The position numbers were made by a program, and so were the translations under genes. From the IMG/VR virus record IMGVR_UViG_3300049141_000022, positions 1-24,459 of that record: a DNA stretch of 24,459 bases; one strand, 5' to 3'. Below the pieces are notes generated by a model. That model was not told where the DNA came from and did no database searches. It saw nothing but the letters and a program-made list of their open reading frames with translations. This DNA is from a virus. Lineage: Duplodnaviria > Caudoviricetes. Positions 6,615 through 16,700 of the stretch are shown piece by piece (the stretch's first letter is position 1; each line of letters begins with the position of its first letter).

Positions 6615-7353
6615 GGAGCGGCGTGACCTCGCCCTGGCCGTGGCCGGGGTGCAGCTGCGGGCCGCCGAAGACGAGCAGAAGGCCCGCCGCTTCGGCGGGC
6701 ACGCGGCCGTGTTCAACGAGCGCACCGCGATCGGCAACCCGCTGACGTGGGGGTTCTACGAGGAGATCGCTCCGGGCGCGTTCAGTAAGACCCTGACGGA
6801 GGGCGACGCCCGGTTCCTCGTCGACCACAACACTCAGCTGGTCGTGGCACGCGTCTCCGCCGACTCCCTGCGCCTGTCGCAGGACAAGGTCGGCCTGGCT
6901 GTGGACGCGGACCTCGACGTCCGTCTGTCCTACGTCTCCGACCTGGTCGTGAACCTGGAGAACAAGAACATCACCGGCATGTCCTTCGGGTTCCGCACCG
7001 TCAAGGACGACTGGGAGACGGTCACCGTCTCCACGTCCGAGGGGGACATGGAGGCCGAGCTGCGCATCATCCGCGAGGTGCAGCTGTTCGAGGTGTCCGC
7101 CGTAACCTTCCCCGCCTACGAGGGCACCGACGCCGCGTTGCGCTCCGTCGGTGTCGCACTGGCGGCCCGCGGCGACGACGCCGCGTTCGACCGCCGGGCC
7201 GAGCACCGGCCCGAGCTCCTCGACTTCCGCCACGAGCCGGCCGCTGCTGCGGCCACTCGGGGCAGCGACGCAACCCAGCCGGGAGAGACCACTGGGGGCC
7301 GTCAGGCGATGCGCATGAAGGCGCTCGCCGCCCGCTACCGCCTGGCGCGGTAG
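6601..7353 (+). CDS. Prohead maturation protease, HK97 family
   Basis: FGGHAAVFN, FYEEIAPGAF, FLVDH, GMSFGF and LFEVSAVTFPAY motifs; start ATG 6601. Confidence 0.95.
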   Translation: MTRIEERRDLALAVAGVQLRAAEDEQKARRFGGHAAVFNERTAIGNPLTWGFYEEIAPGAFSKTLTEGDARFLVDHNTQLVVARVSADSLRLSQDKVGLAVDADLDVRLSYVSDLVVNLENKNITGMSFGFRTVKDDWETVTVSTSEGDMEAELRIIREVQLFEVSAVTFPAYEGTDAALRSVGVALAARGDDAAFDRRAEHRPELLDFRHEPAAAAATRGSDATQPGETTGGRQAMRMKALAARYRLAR

Positions 7354-7374
7354 CCGCACCCAATCCCATCCCTC

Positions 7375-7400
7375 AGCCCCTGCCGACCCGGCGTGGGGCT
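7375..7400 (+). promoter_or_regulatory. Stem-loop just upstream of the major capsid RBS
   Basis: AGCCCC-T-GCCG-ACC-CGGC-GT-GGGGCT in the protease-capsid gap. Confidence 0.45.
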
Positions 7401-7418
7401 ATCTGTGCTGGAGGCAGC

Positions 7419-8693
7419 ATGCCCACCCTTCAGAGCCTGCTGGACAAGCGGGCCAGCGCCTGGGACAAGGCGCAGGAGTTCCAGAACCGTGCGGCATCCG
7501 AGGAGGAGATGTCCGCCGAGGACCGCTCCGCCTGGGACGCGGCCCTCGCCGACGTCGAGCGGCTGTCGGCGGACATCGAGCGCGAGGAGCGCCACCAGCG
7601 TGCCGAGCGGCTGGCCGCCGTCGACTACGACCAGGTCATCGACGGCCGCGGCGACACCCAGGAGGAGGAGGAGGCCCGCGCCCGTCACGGCGGCGTCGAC
7701 GGCGTCGAGGCGTACAGCAACGCCTGGCGGTCCTGGCTGCGCGACGGCACCCAGGATCTGACCTCGGAGGAGCGCACCGTGCTGCGCTCGGGCTGGGTCG
7801 ACGGCAAGGAACTGCGAGCCCAGGGCGTCGCCACCGGCGCCGCCGGCGGCTACGTCGTCCCGCCCGCCTTCCGAGCCAAGATGGTCGAGACGATGAAGTT
7901 CTACGGCGCCATGCGGCAGGTCGCCGAGACCATCACCACCGAGTCGGGTGTGACGCTGCCGTGGCCGACGAACGACGACACCGGCAACGTCGGTGCGATC
8001 CTCGCCGAGAACACGCAGGTCACCGAGCAGGACGTGACCCTCGGCCAGCAGGACATCGGCGCGTACATGTACACGTCGAAGCTGGTGCGGGTGTCCCTGC
8101 AGCTGCTGAACGACGCCGTGCTGGACTTCGAGAACTGGCTGGCCCGCAAGCTGGGCGAGCGCATCGGCCGTATCCAGAACACGCACTTCACGACCGGCAC
8201 GGGCACCGCCCAGCCGGAGGGCGTGCAGACCAACGCCACCATCGGCAAGACCGGCGCGTCCGGCCAGACCACATCGGTCACCGGCGACGACCTGATCGAC
8301 CTGGTGCACTCCGTGGACCCGGCCTACCGCAACTCGGGCCGCGTGCAGTTCATGTGGGCCGACTCCACACTGGCCTCGGTCCGCAAGCTGAAGGACGGCA
8401 ACGGCCAGTACCTGTGGCAGCCGTCGGTGCAGGCGGGTGTTCCGGACCGGGTCCTTGGCTACGGCTACGTCGTCAACCAGGACATGCCCGCGATGGCCGC
8501 AAGCGCCAAGTCGATCCTGTTCGGCGACTTCTACGCCGGCTACCTGATCCGTGACGTGCAGGACGTGCAGACGCTTCGCCTGGCCGAGCGGTACGCCGAC
8601 TACCTGCAGGTCGGGTTCCTGGCGTTCGCGCGAGCGGACGGTACCCCGCAGGACGCGTCCGCGATTCGCGCCTACCGCAACGCGGCCAGCTGA
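7419..8693 (+). CDS. Major capsid protein, HK97 fold with N-terminal delta (scaffold) domain
   Basis: Coiled-coil N-terminus, GGYVVP, VSLQLLND, GTGTAQPEG, LKDGNGQYLWQP, ILFGDF and GFLAFARADG motifs. Confidence 0.97.
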   Translation: MPTLQSLLDKRASAWDKAQEFQNRAASEEEMSAEDRSAWDAALADVERLSADIEREERHQRAERLAAVDYDQVIDGRGDTQEEEEARARHGGVDGVEAYSNAWRSWLRDGTQDLTSEERTVLRSGWVDGKELRAQGVATGAAGGYVVPPAFRAKMVETMKFYGAMRQVAETITTESGVTLPWPTNDDTGNVGAILAENTQVTEQDVTLGQQDIGAYMYTSKLVRVSLQLLNDAVLDFENWLARKLGERIGRIQNTHFTTGTGTAQPEGVQTNATIGKTGASGQTTSVTGDDLIDLVHSVDPAYRNSGRVQFMWADSTLASVRKLKDGNGQYLWQPSVQAGVPDRVLGYGYVVNQDMPAMAASAKSILFGDFYAGYLIRDVQDVQTLRLAERYADYLQVGFLAFARADGTPQDASAIRAYRNAAS

Positions 8694-8716
8694 CGCTGGC
8701 AGAGAGGAGTGCCGTC

Positions 8717-9112
8717 ATGGCGACCACCCCGAAGAAGGACACCCCGGCAGGCGTCAGCGACACCGGTGTGCTGCAGGACAAGCCGACGCCGGCCGCGGCC
8801 GAGCACGGCGACCACGACCGCATTGTCATGGCCTCCCGCCGTGCGGACGGCTCGATGGCGCAGACGCGGCCCGAGTTCATCGGCGACAAGGACGTCGCGC
8901 TCGGCGCCGCGAAGGAGCAGCTCGCTCAGCAGGCCGCGTCCGCCGTCGATGTCGCGGCCCGCGGCGTCACCGCAAACCCGGACGGTGTCGGCGGCAGCGA
9001 GCCGGACGCCGAGGTGAAGGCGCTGAAGGACGCCCAGGAGGAGGCCGTGAAGGCGGCCGAGGCCCAGGCGGAGCGTGAGATCGACAGCCTGCACAAGGGG
9101 CTGGGTGACTGA
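8717..9112 (+). CDS. Hypothetical virion-associated protein
   Basis: RBS GAGGAG; directly follows the capsid gene; stop overlaps the next start (TGATG). Confidence 0.75.
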   Translation: MATTPKKDTPAGVSDTGVLQDKPTPAAAEHGDHDRIVMASRRADGSMAQTRPEFIGDKDVALGAAKEQLAQQAASAVDVAARGVTANPDGVGGSEPDAEVKALKDAQEEAVKAAEAQAEREIDSLHKGLGD

Positions 9113-9336
9113 TGGCCCGTATCCGCGTGCTGACCAGCGTGGCGGGCACGGGCTTCTCGTGGGAGGCCGGGCAGGAGGTCGACCTGCCCGGCGCCGAGGC
9201 AGCCCAGTGGGCCGACGGGGTCCGTGCAGAGCTGGTCCGTGACGATCCGATGGAGACCCCGGAGGCGAGCCCGGCCGCTGAGAGGGCCGGCCGCGAGGTT
9301 CCGGCCCGCCGCAAGCCTGCGGCGCGGAAGGGTTGA
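9112..9336 (+). CDS. Small hypothetical head-module protein
   Basis: Translationally coupled; pattern SWEAGQEVDLPGAEAAQWADGVRAELV with a basic tail is typical of small post-capsid genes. Confidence 0.75.
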   Translation: MARIRVLTSVAGTGFSWEAGQEVDLPGAEAAQWADGVRAELVRDDPMETPEASPAAERAGREVPARRKPAARKG

Positions 9337-9339
9337 GCC

Positions 9340-9990
9340 ATGCCGGGCTTCGGGATGCTCGTCGACGGCTTCGATGACGGCGTCCTGAATCCGGCGGTCT
9401 GGTCGCAGTCCTACGGCGATCCGGTCGAGCAGGCCGGCCGCCTGAGGGTGCCGTGCACCACGGGGTATGCGGGCGCCCGCACGGCGAGTGTGTACACGCT
9501 GTCGCGGTCACAGATCGCGGCGCGCGTGTATCCGCCTGCCCCTGGCGGTGCCGCGTCCGCGGGCTGTTCGCTGCTGGTACTCAGCAGCGTGGGCGGCACT
9601 GATGCCGGGTTTTTCGTAGACCGGGCGCAGGGGGCGATGGGGTTGTACCTGCGGGTCGGGTACGCGGACGGTGGCGCCGTCTTTCCCGCGTATGACCCGG
9701 TGGGGCATGCGTGGCTGCGGCTGCGGGAGGACGGCACGTCGATGTATTGGGAGGCGTCGGCGGACGGACTGGCGTGGACGGTGCTGCGCACTGCCGGGTC
9801 GCCGGCGTGGGCCTCGCATACGGACTTGTCTCTGCTGTTCGAGGCCCACCGCGACGCGGGCGTTGCGGACTTCGCGGAACTCGACAGCCTCAACATCTCC
9901 CGGCCCGGCGGCCTGCGCCCGCTCCAGCGCAGCGTCACCGGGCCGGGCCCTAATCCGAGAACGGCATCTACGGTGAGGGGGACTGGATGA
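9340..9990 (+). CDS. Hypothetical beta-sandwich (ConA/lectin-like) structural protein
   Basis: DGFDDGVLNPAVW start and WLRLREDGTSMYWEASADGLAWTVL, a pattern typical of ConA-like/LamG folds; coupled to the next gene (ATGA). Confidence 0.6.
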   Translation: MPGFGMLVDGFDDGVLNPAVWSQSYGDPVEQAGRLRVPCTTGYAGARTASVYTLSRSQIAARVYPPAPGGAASAGCSLLVLSSVGGTDAGFFVDRAQGAMGLYLRVGYADGGAVFPAYDPVGHAWLRLREDGTSMYWEASADGLAWTVLRTAGSPAWASHTDLSLLFEAHRDAGVADFAELDSLNISRPGGLRPLQRSVTGPGPNPRTASTVRGTG

Positions 9991-10805
9991 GCTTCGACCT
10001 GGGGGCGGTCGTCCCGCTGGGTACGACGGTGCGGGACTCCACCGGGGCGCTGGCCAACGCGGGATTGATGGCGCTGACCGTCACGCTTCCCGACCAGACG
10101 GCGGTGACGGTGTCGCCTGTCGCCCCGGCGTCGACGGGTACCTACGCCTACGACTACCCGACCGTGCAGCCCGGGCGGCACGTGGTGCGGTGGGTCGCGA
10201 CCGGGGTCAACGCGGGCGCCTACACCGACTCGTTCGATGTGCGGGAGGCGGCGCCGCCCGGAATCCTCAGCCTGGCTGACGCCAAGGCCCACCTGAACAT
10301 CGTGTCGTCAGCGCATGACGACGAAGTGCGCGGGTGGATCGAGGCGGTCACAGCCGCCGTTGAGGTGTTCACCGGTCCGGTCGTGGTCCGCACGGTGGTC
10401 GAGGATCACGATGCGCGCAAGGCCCGGGCGCTGGCTCTGCGGCAGCCACCGGTTCTGTCCCTGACGTCTGTCGCTCCGATCCTGACCGGTGGCACCACCT
10501 ACACCGTCGGCGAGTTCAGCACGGACGGCGCGTCGGGGATCGTGCAGTTGCTGGCGGGCGGCACGGTGGCGGGCCCGCTGCGTGTCACCTACGTGGCGGG
10601 GCGCCGTATCGTCCCGGCCGCCATCACTGCCGCCGCGAAAATCATCCTTCAGCATTTGTGGCGTACCCAGCAGGGCCCGGGCCGGCCGCAGCGCGGCGTC
10701 GATGACTTCGACGTCACCGAGCCGATTCCCGGTCTGGGATATGCGATCCCTAACCGGGCCGTGCAGCTGCTGGAGCCGTACAAGCAGCCGCCGGGGGTGG
10801 CGTAG
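9987..10805 (+). CDS. Head-tail connector/adaptor with an N-terminal Ig-like domain
   Basis: gp6-like LSLADAKAHLNI..DDEVRGWIEA, VTYVAG..VPAAITAAAKIILQHLW and AVQLLEPY; N-terminal TGTYAYDY..PGRHVVRWVATG. Confidence 0.8.
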   Translation: MSFDLGAVVPLGTTVRDSTGALANAGLMALTVTLPDQTAVTVSPVAPASTGTYAYDYPTVQPGRHVVRWVATGVNAGAYTDSFDVREAAPPGILSLADAKAHLNIVSSAHDDEVRGWIEAVTAAVEVFTGPVVVRTVVEDHDARKARALALRQPPVLSLTSVAPILTGGTTYTVGEFSTDGASGIVQLLAGGTVAGPLRVTYVAGRRIVPAAITAAAKIILQHLWRTQQGPGRPQRGVDDFDVTEPIPGLGYAIPNRAVQLLEPYKQPPGVA

Positions 10806-11273
10806 ATGGCGACCTCGGCGGTACCGGGCGCCATCGCGGCCCTGCTGGCGATTCTGCGGGCGGCGCCTGCCCTGTCCGAGGTGCAGGTGATTGACGGTCC
10901 GCCGACCACGGACATGGCCGACCCTGACGTCGTCACCGTCGGCTGGTCTCCGGGCGGTGATCAGTCCGCTCTGCTCACCCAGGAGTTCAACGCTGCAGGG
11001 GCCCGCACCCGCAACGAGGATTTCGAGATCGCCAACGCGATCGACTGCTGGAGCGGCGACAGAGATTTCAGCGCTGTGCGGGCCCGCGCGTTCGAGCTGC
11101 TGGGTGTGGTCGAGAACGCGATCCGCGCCTCGGGGGCGAACCCGGAGGCGCCCACGTTGAACGGCGCCGTGCTGTGGGCGCACCTGACGCAGGGGTCGCT
11201 GCAACAGTCCTTCACCGACCAGGGCGCACGGGCGGTCCTGGGCTTCACGGTGACCTGCCACGCCCGCATCTGA
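10806..11273 (+). CDS. Putative tail terminator/completion protein
   Basis: Size and position; VIDGPP...RARAFELLGVVENAIR...PTLNGAV pattern. Confidence 0.65.
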   Translation: MATSAVPGAIAALLAILRAAPALSEVQVIDGPPTTDMADPDVVTVGWSPGGDQSALLTQEFNAAGARTRNEDFEIANAIDCWSGDRDFSAVRARAFELLGVVENAIRASGANPEAPTLNGAVLWAHLTQGSLQQSFTDQGARAVLGFTVTCHARI

Positions 11274-11286
11274 TGAGGAGTTCCAG

Positions 11287-11598
11287 ATGGCGCGTGTGCG
11301 CTTCATCGGTCCCGAGCCGGTGACCGTGCCCGAGCTCGACGGCCAGCACGTCGAGCCGGACGAGGTCGTCGAGGTTCCCGACGAGCGGTACGGGGGTTAC
11401 ATCTGCCAGCCCGCCACCTGGGAGGAGGTCGAGCCGCCTCCTGGGTTCGAGGAGCCCGTCGGTGAGGAGCTGCCTGCAGTTCCCGCGGGGCAGGGCCTGG
11501 TACGGGCGGATGCCGCGGCGGCGGAGCCGAAGGGGAAGCCCGAGGGCGTGCCGGTCAAGACGAGCGCGGCCAAGTCGGCGCCGCAGAAGGAGGGCTGA
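11287..11598 (+). CDS. Hypothetical protein
   Basis: RBS GAGGAG; fills the gap before the tail tube gene; low-complexity C-terminus. Confidence 0.7.
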   Translation: MARVRFIGPEPVTVPELDGQHVEPDEVVEVPDERYGGYICQPATWEEVEPPPGFEEPVGEELPAVPAGQGLVRADAAAAEPKGKPEGVPVKTSAAKSAPQKEG

Positions 11599-11601
11599 TC
11601 C

Positions 11602-12588
11602 ATGGCGATCGGATCCGGTCTCGGCGCCCAGTTGGGCATCGCCGCCGAGTCGACTTACGGCACCTTCGTGGCGCCGACGAAGTTCATCGAGTTCACCAAG
11701 GAGAGCCTCGCTCTCAAGAAGACGACCGCCCAGTCCGCGGGGATCGCGGCCGGCCGTCTGCTGGCGCTGTCCTCCCGCCGGGTGCTGACCCGCAAGGAGG
11801 TGCAGGGCAGCATCGAGCTGGAGGTCACGAACAAGGGGATGGGTCTGCTGTTGCAGTCCCTGATGGGTACGACCGTGACGCCGGTGCAGCAGGCGACGAC
11901 GGCGGCCTACCTGCAGACGCACACCCTGGCGTCGGTGGCGGGCAAGTCGTTGACGATTCAGAAGGGTGTGCCGCTCACGACGGGCACGGTGACGGACAAG
12001 TCCTTTCTGGGCTGCAAGGTCACGTCGGGGGAGTTCTCGTGCGAGGTGGGCGGCATGCTCACCGGGTCGTTCGAGTTCGACGGCCGTGACTGCGACGAGG
12101 GCCAGACGTTGGCCGCGGCGTCGTATGCGAACATGTCGCCGTTCCACTTCGGGCAGATGGCGGTCAAGGCGGGCGGCTTCGGCGCGGAGACGGCGCTGGA
12201 CGGCATCCGTAAGGTGTCGGTGAAGGTGGAGAGGCCGCAGGACGTCGAGCGCTTCTACGCCGGGGCATCTGGCCTGAAGAAGGAGCCGATCGAGAACGAC
12301 CAGGTCAAGATCACGGGCAGTCTGGAAACCGACTACGTCGCCACCACCCTGGACGACCTGCACACCTCGGACGCCGCTACGTCGCTGGTGTGGGAGTTCG
12401 TCGGCCAGCAGATCGAGACGACCTACTTCGACACCTTCCGGGTCACCCTGCCCGCGATCCGCCTGGACGAGGGGCCGCCCGTCGTCGACGGCTTCGGCGT
12501 CGTCAAGCCGACGTTCAACTTCGTCGGCCTGTACGACGGGACGAACCAGCCGAAGATCGAATACATCTCGACCGACGTCACCCTGTGA
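11602..12588 (+). CDS. Major tail (tube) protein
   Basis: GLGAQLGIAAESTYGT start, Thr-rich beta composition, KSLTIQKGVP, GCKVTSGEFS; position before chaperone and tape measure genes. Confidence 0.85.
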   Translation: MAIGSGLGAQLGIAAESTYGTFVAPTKFIEFTKESLALKKTTAQSAGIAAGRLLALSSRRVLTRKEVQGSIELEVTNKGMGLLLQSLMGTTVTPVQQATTAAYLQTHTLASVAGKSLTIQKGVPLTTGTVTDKSFLGCKVTSGEFSCEVGGMLTGSFEFDGRDCDEGQTLAAASYANMSPFHFGQMAVKAGGFGAETALDGIRKVSVKVERPQDVERFYAGASGLKKEPIENDQVKITGSLETDYVATTLDDLHTSDAATSLVWEFVGQQIETTYFDTFRVTLPAIRLDEGPPVVDGFGVVKPTFNFVGLYDGTNQPKIEYISTDVTL

Positions 12589-12595
12589 GCTGGTC

Positions 12596-13105
12596 GTGGT
12601 CGGACAAATTCGCGTGACCGGTACCGGCCAGCTGCTCGACCTGTCGAGGCGGCTGCGCCGGGCCGGACACGAAAACATCCGCCAGTCCTACCTGCGCCGC
12701 ATCCGCCGAGCCGCCGAGCCGCTGCGCGAGGACCTGCAGGACACCATCCGCCACCTCGACATCAGCTCGCAGGGACGGGCCGCCGGCAAGAGGGGCGGGC
12801 CGTCGCCGACGACCCGCCCGCTGCGGGCGACGATCGCCGAAGCCATCCGCATCTCCGTCCGGACCGGCGGCACCCCGGGCGCCCGCGTGTGGGTGGACCG
12901 CGACCGGCTGCCACCGGACCTGAAGAACATGCCGACCGTGATCAACACCGGCCGCATCCGGCATCCCGTGTTCGGCAACAAGCGCCGCTGGGCGCAGCAG
13001 AACGCCACCCCTCTGTGGTGGGACAAGACCGTGCGCGCTCACCAGGAGCGCATGACCCGCGAGGTCTCCCGGGTCGTCGACGACGTGCGCCGCCGCCTCG
13101 AATAG
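12596..13105 (+). CDS. Basic HK97 gp10-like tail/neck component
   Basis: Arg-rich; TGRIRHPVFGNKRRWAQQ motif typical of actinophage gp10-like proteins. Confidence 0.6.
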   Translation: MVGQIRVTGTGQLLDLSRRLRRAGHENIRQSYLRRIRRAAEPLREDLQDTIRHLDISSQGRAAGKRGGPSPTTRPLRATIAEAIRISVRTGGTPGARVWVDRDRLPPDLKNMPTVINTGRIRHPVFGNKRRWAQQNATPLWWDKTVRAHQERMTREVSRVVDDVRRRLE

Positions 13106-13113
13106 GAGCAACC

Positions 13114-13683
13114 TTGATCATCATCTATACGCCCAAGGACGGCGAGCGCGAGGAGTACGACGCTTCCAGCCTGAAGGTGTCCGAGGCGGCAATCGTGCAG
13201 CGCACCGTCGACATGAAGTGGCAGGAGATCCTCTCCGGCCTGGAGCAGGACGACCTCGACGCCATGCGCGGGATCGTCTGGGTCATCAAGAAGCGGTCCA
13301 ACCCCTCGCTGCGGTTCGGGGAGTTCGACCCCGGGGTCACCGAGATGACCTCCCGCATGGACAACGAGGAGATCGAACGCTGGCTCGACGCCACGCTGCA
13401 GGCCGTCGACCAGGACGCGGAATGGGAACCCATCGAACGCGTCATCTCCAGCCGCATCGCTGACGTCGCGGCCGACCCCGAGCACGCCCTGCGTCTGCTC
13501 GGCGCACGGAGCTGGGGCCCAAAAGCGGCGGCCGAGGAGACAGCCAGCGCCCCGCCGGACGAGCCGGAGCTCGCGCAGGGCGAGCCTTCGAGCCCGAGCC
13601 CGACATCGCCTACGCCCGCGACGTCTACCTCGGACTCTTCGCCCACCTCCTCCACATCCCCCCTGACGGAGTCGACGGCCTGA
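13114..13683 (+). CDS. Tail assembly chaperone (gpG-like)
   Basis: AGGAG at 13104-13108, TTG start at 13114; acidic protein immediately before the tape measure gene. Confidence 0.85.
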   Translation: MIIIYTPKDGEREEYDASSLKVSEAAIVQRTVDMKWQEILSGLEQDDLDAMRGIVWVIKKRSNPSLRFGEFDPGVTEMTSRMDNEEIERWLDATLQAVDQDAEWEPIERVISSRIADVAADPEHALRLLGARSWGPKAAAEETASAPPDEPELAQGEPSSPSPTSPTPATSTSDSSPTSSTSPLTESTA

Positions 13684-13757
13684 CAGTCACCGACTTCTAC
13701 AACCTCACCGCCTGGATCGAGCAGCACCAGGCCCTGCAAGCGGAAGGCGGTGCGTAG
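13114..13757 (+). CDS. Tail assembly chaperone -1 frameshift product (gpGT-like)
   Basis: Slippery heptamer C CCA AAA at 13518-13524; the -1 frame stays open to TAG 13755-13757 (…PDIAYARDVYLGLFAHLLHIPPDGVDGLTVTDFYNLTAWIEQHQALQAEGGA), ending 3 nt before the tape measure start. Confidence 0.85.
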
Positions 13758-13760
13758 CCC

Positions 13761-16700
13761 GTGCCGTCGATGAACTTCGTCCTCACCGGCCGCGACCAGC
13801 TCTCCCGGGTCCTGGACCGGGCGGGCGACGCCAGTGACCGGCTCGGCCGACGACTGCTGGCGATGTCCATCAACGGGGACGCCGCCGTCCGTCGCTTCAC
13901 CAGCAACACCACCCGGAATCTGGCCGGGATGCAGCGCGACACCGAGGCCGGCCGCAAGGCCTTGGGCGAGCTGAAGAAGACAGCTCTACTGTTCGCGCCC
14001 GCCGCCGTCCCGGTGGCTGCGTCGCTGGCGCCGATCGCCGCTGGGGCGGGCACCGTGGCGGTCGCGGTCGCCGCGATGGGGGCGGCGATCGCCCCGCAGA
14101 TCGCCCAGCTCGGCGAAGCTGCCGACGCACAGAAGAAGTACGAGGACGCCGTCGCCAAGAGCGGCGCCCAGTCGCAGGAGGCCACGCAGGCGCAGGCCGA
14201 CTACGCCCGCATCATGGCCACCCTGCCGCCCGAGACGCGCGAGACGGCGGCGGCCCTCAGCGTCCTGAAGGACGAATACCGGGACTGGTCGGACAGCCTG
14301 GCCGGCGACACGATGGCTCCGGTCACCAAGGGCCTGCAGCTCACCAATGCCCTGCTGCCGAAGACGTCCGGACTGGTCAAGGCGACCTCGGCCGAGACCG
14401 ACCGGTTCCTCACGATCATGGGCGGGGAGATGGCCTCGCCCGGCCTGGACCGCCTCAACTCGAAGTTCACCAACTTCGCGCAGAAGACGCTGCGCAGCGT
14501 CAATAACGAGATCGTCCGCGTGCTGCGCACCGGCGACAGCGGCGAGGTCGGCGGCAACGCCCGCGAGTTCATGGAGTGGGCGCGCGCCCAGGGCCCGACC
14601 GTGGCGAGCGTGCTGTCCAGCGTGGCGAGCGCCCTGATCAACGTGCTGCAGGCGGGCAGCGACGTCGGTGTCGGTCTGCTGCAGGTCGTCGACGTCCTGG
14701 CGGACATCGTCTCCGCTGTTCCGCCGGGAGCGATCGCCACCATCCTGCAGCTGGTCCTGGCGCTGAAGCTGGCGAAGGTTGCCGCACTCGGACTGGCTGC
14801 CGGCCGTACCGCGATCGTGGGGTTCGCCGCGCAGATCCTGGCGATGAACTCGGCTGCGGCAGCTACGCCTGGCCGGATGGCCGCCGCCCGAGCAGGTATC
14901 GCGGCGCTTTCGCGTACCGCGAAGGTGGCGGTGGCCGGCACCGGTATCGGCCTGCTGGTCCTGGCGCTGAGCGAACTGGCCCAGCGCAGCGAGCAGGCGC
15001 CACCGGACGTGGACAAGCTGACCACCTCGCTCAAGCAGCTGGGCGCCACCGGCAAGACGACCGGTGAGGTAGCGGACGCCTTCGGCAAGGACCTGGGCGG
15101 CCTGTACGACAAGGTCCGGTCCCTGACCGACCCGTCGACGACGGACAAGGTGCAGCAGTTCCTCGTCGGGTGGACGGGCTGGGACTCCACCCCAGTGAAG
15201 GACGCCAAGGCCAACATCGATTCGATCGACAAGGCCCTGGCGAACTTGGTTGCCAGCGGCGATTCGGACCTGGCTGCCGCCGCGGTGAAGCGGTTGACGG
15301 CCGAGTACGGCAAGGGTGGCCGGGACACCGCCGAGTTCACCAAGGAACTGGGGGACTACAAGGCCGCCCTGGCCGACGCCAAGTTCGAGGCGGAGCTGGC
15401 GGCCGAGGCTCAGGGCGTCTTCGGCGCGCAGGCCCAGGTCGTGCAGCAGAAGCTGGCTGCGCAGAAGCTCAGCGCGGACGGCCTGCGCCAGTCGATCGTC
15501 GCCCTGTCCGAGACGAGCCGCAGTGCCTTCGACGCGCAGACCAAGATGGAGGCCGCGATCGACGCGGTCACCAAGTCGCTGCAGGAGAACGGCAGGACCC
15601 TCGACGCCGGCACCGAGAAGGGCCGTGCGAACCGCGACGCCCTCAGCCAGATGGCGGCGGCGACCGAGGACGCCGCGGCGAAGGCCCGCGAGAACGGCGC
15701 GAGCTGGGAGACCGTCAACGGCATCTACGACAAGGGCCGAAAGACCCTCGTCGACAACATCGCCGCGATCACCGGCAACCGCCGGGAAGCCGAGGCACTC
15801 GCGGCGACGCTGCTGAAGATGCCGTCTCCGAAGATGCGTCTGGAGATGCGCACCGAGGATGCCGTGCGCGGCCTCGACTCAGTGGTCGCCGCCATCAAGA
15901 AGGCCCCGGGCAAGAAGTCGGTCACCGTCTCCGCGCTGACCAAGGATGCCGTTGGCATGCTGCGTGACCTGGGTTTCAAGGTCGAGCGGATGAAGGACGG
16001 CCGCTTCAAGGTCACCGCCGACACGAAGACCGCGCAAGGTTCCATCGGCGCGGTTCAGCGCGCACGGGACGCACTCAAGGACAAGTCGATCACCTTGTCC
16101 GCGCGCGACCGGGCCAGCGCCGCAGTGCGCGCTATCCAGGCGGCGATCGCAGGCCTGCGCAACAAGAGCGTCACCATCACCACCGTCCGGCAGACCATCG
16201 CCACGTACAGCACTGACACGCGGCCTGTCACTGGGCAGGGCGGCGTCAGCAAGTACGCGGCAGGCGGTACGCCCGAGGCCGGCGAGATGGCCATGGTCGG
16301 CGAGAACGGGCCCGAACTGGTGCTGTTCGGCGAGGCCGCCCGCGTGGTCGACGCGACGAAAACGAAGGCCATCATGTCTGGCACGCTCGGCGCGGGCCGG
16401 GCCGCCGCGCAGGGCCTGGCTGTGGGCCTCGGTTCTGGTGGCGGCGTGTATGCCGCGGCCCGGGCGATGGCGGCTCAGGTCACGGGCGGGATCCGGGATG
16501 AGCTGGAGATCGCGTCGCCGTCGAAGAAGACGAAGGCGTTGATGGCCGACGTCGGCAAGGGCATGATCATTGGCCTGACCGGCAGCCAGGCCAAGATCAA
16601 GGCGACGGCGAAGGATCTCGCGAAGGACATCTGGGCCGCCTTCGGTGGGACGAAGGACAACCGGCTGGTCGCGATGGTCAACCGGGAGACGCAGAGGCTG

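Noticed and set aside
3742-12678. Other long antisense or alternative-frame ORFs (e.g. 5106..6356, 7335..8309, 10308..11306, 11245..12678)
   Set aside because: They fully overlap well-supported + strand phage genes and translate to Arg/Pro/Gly-rich or motif-free sequence.
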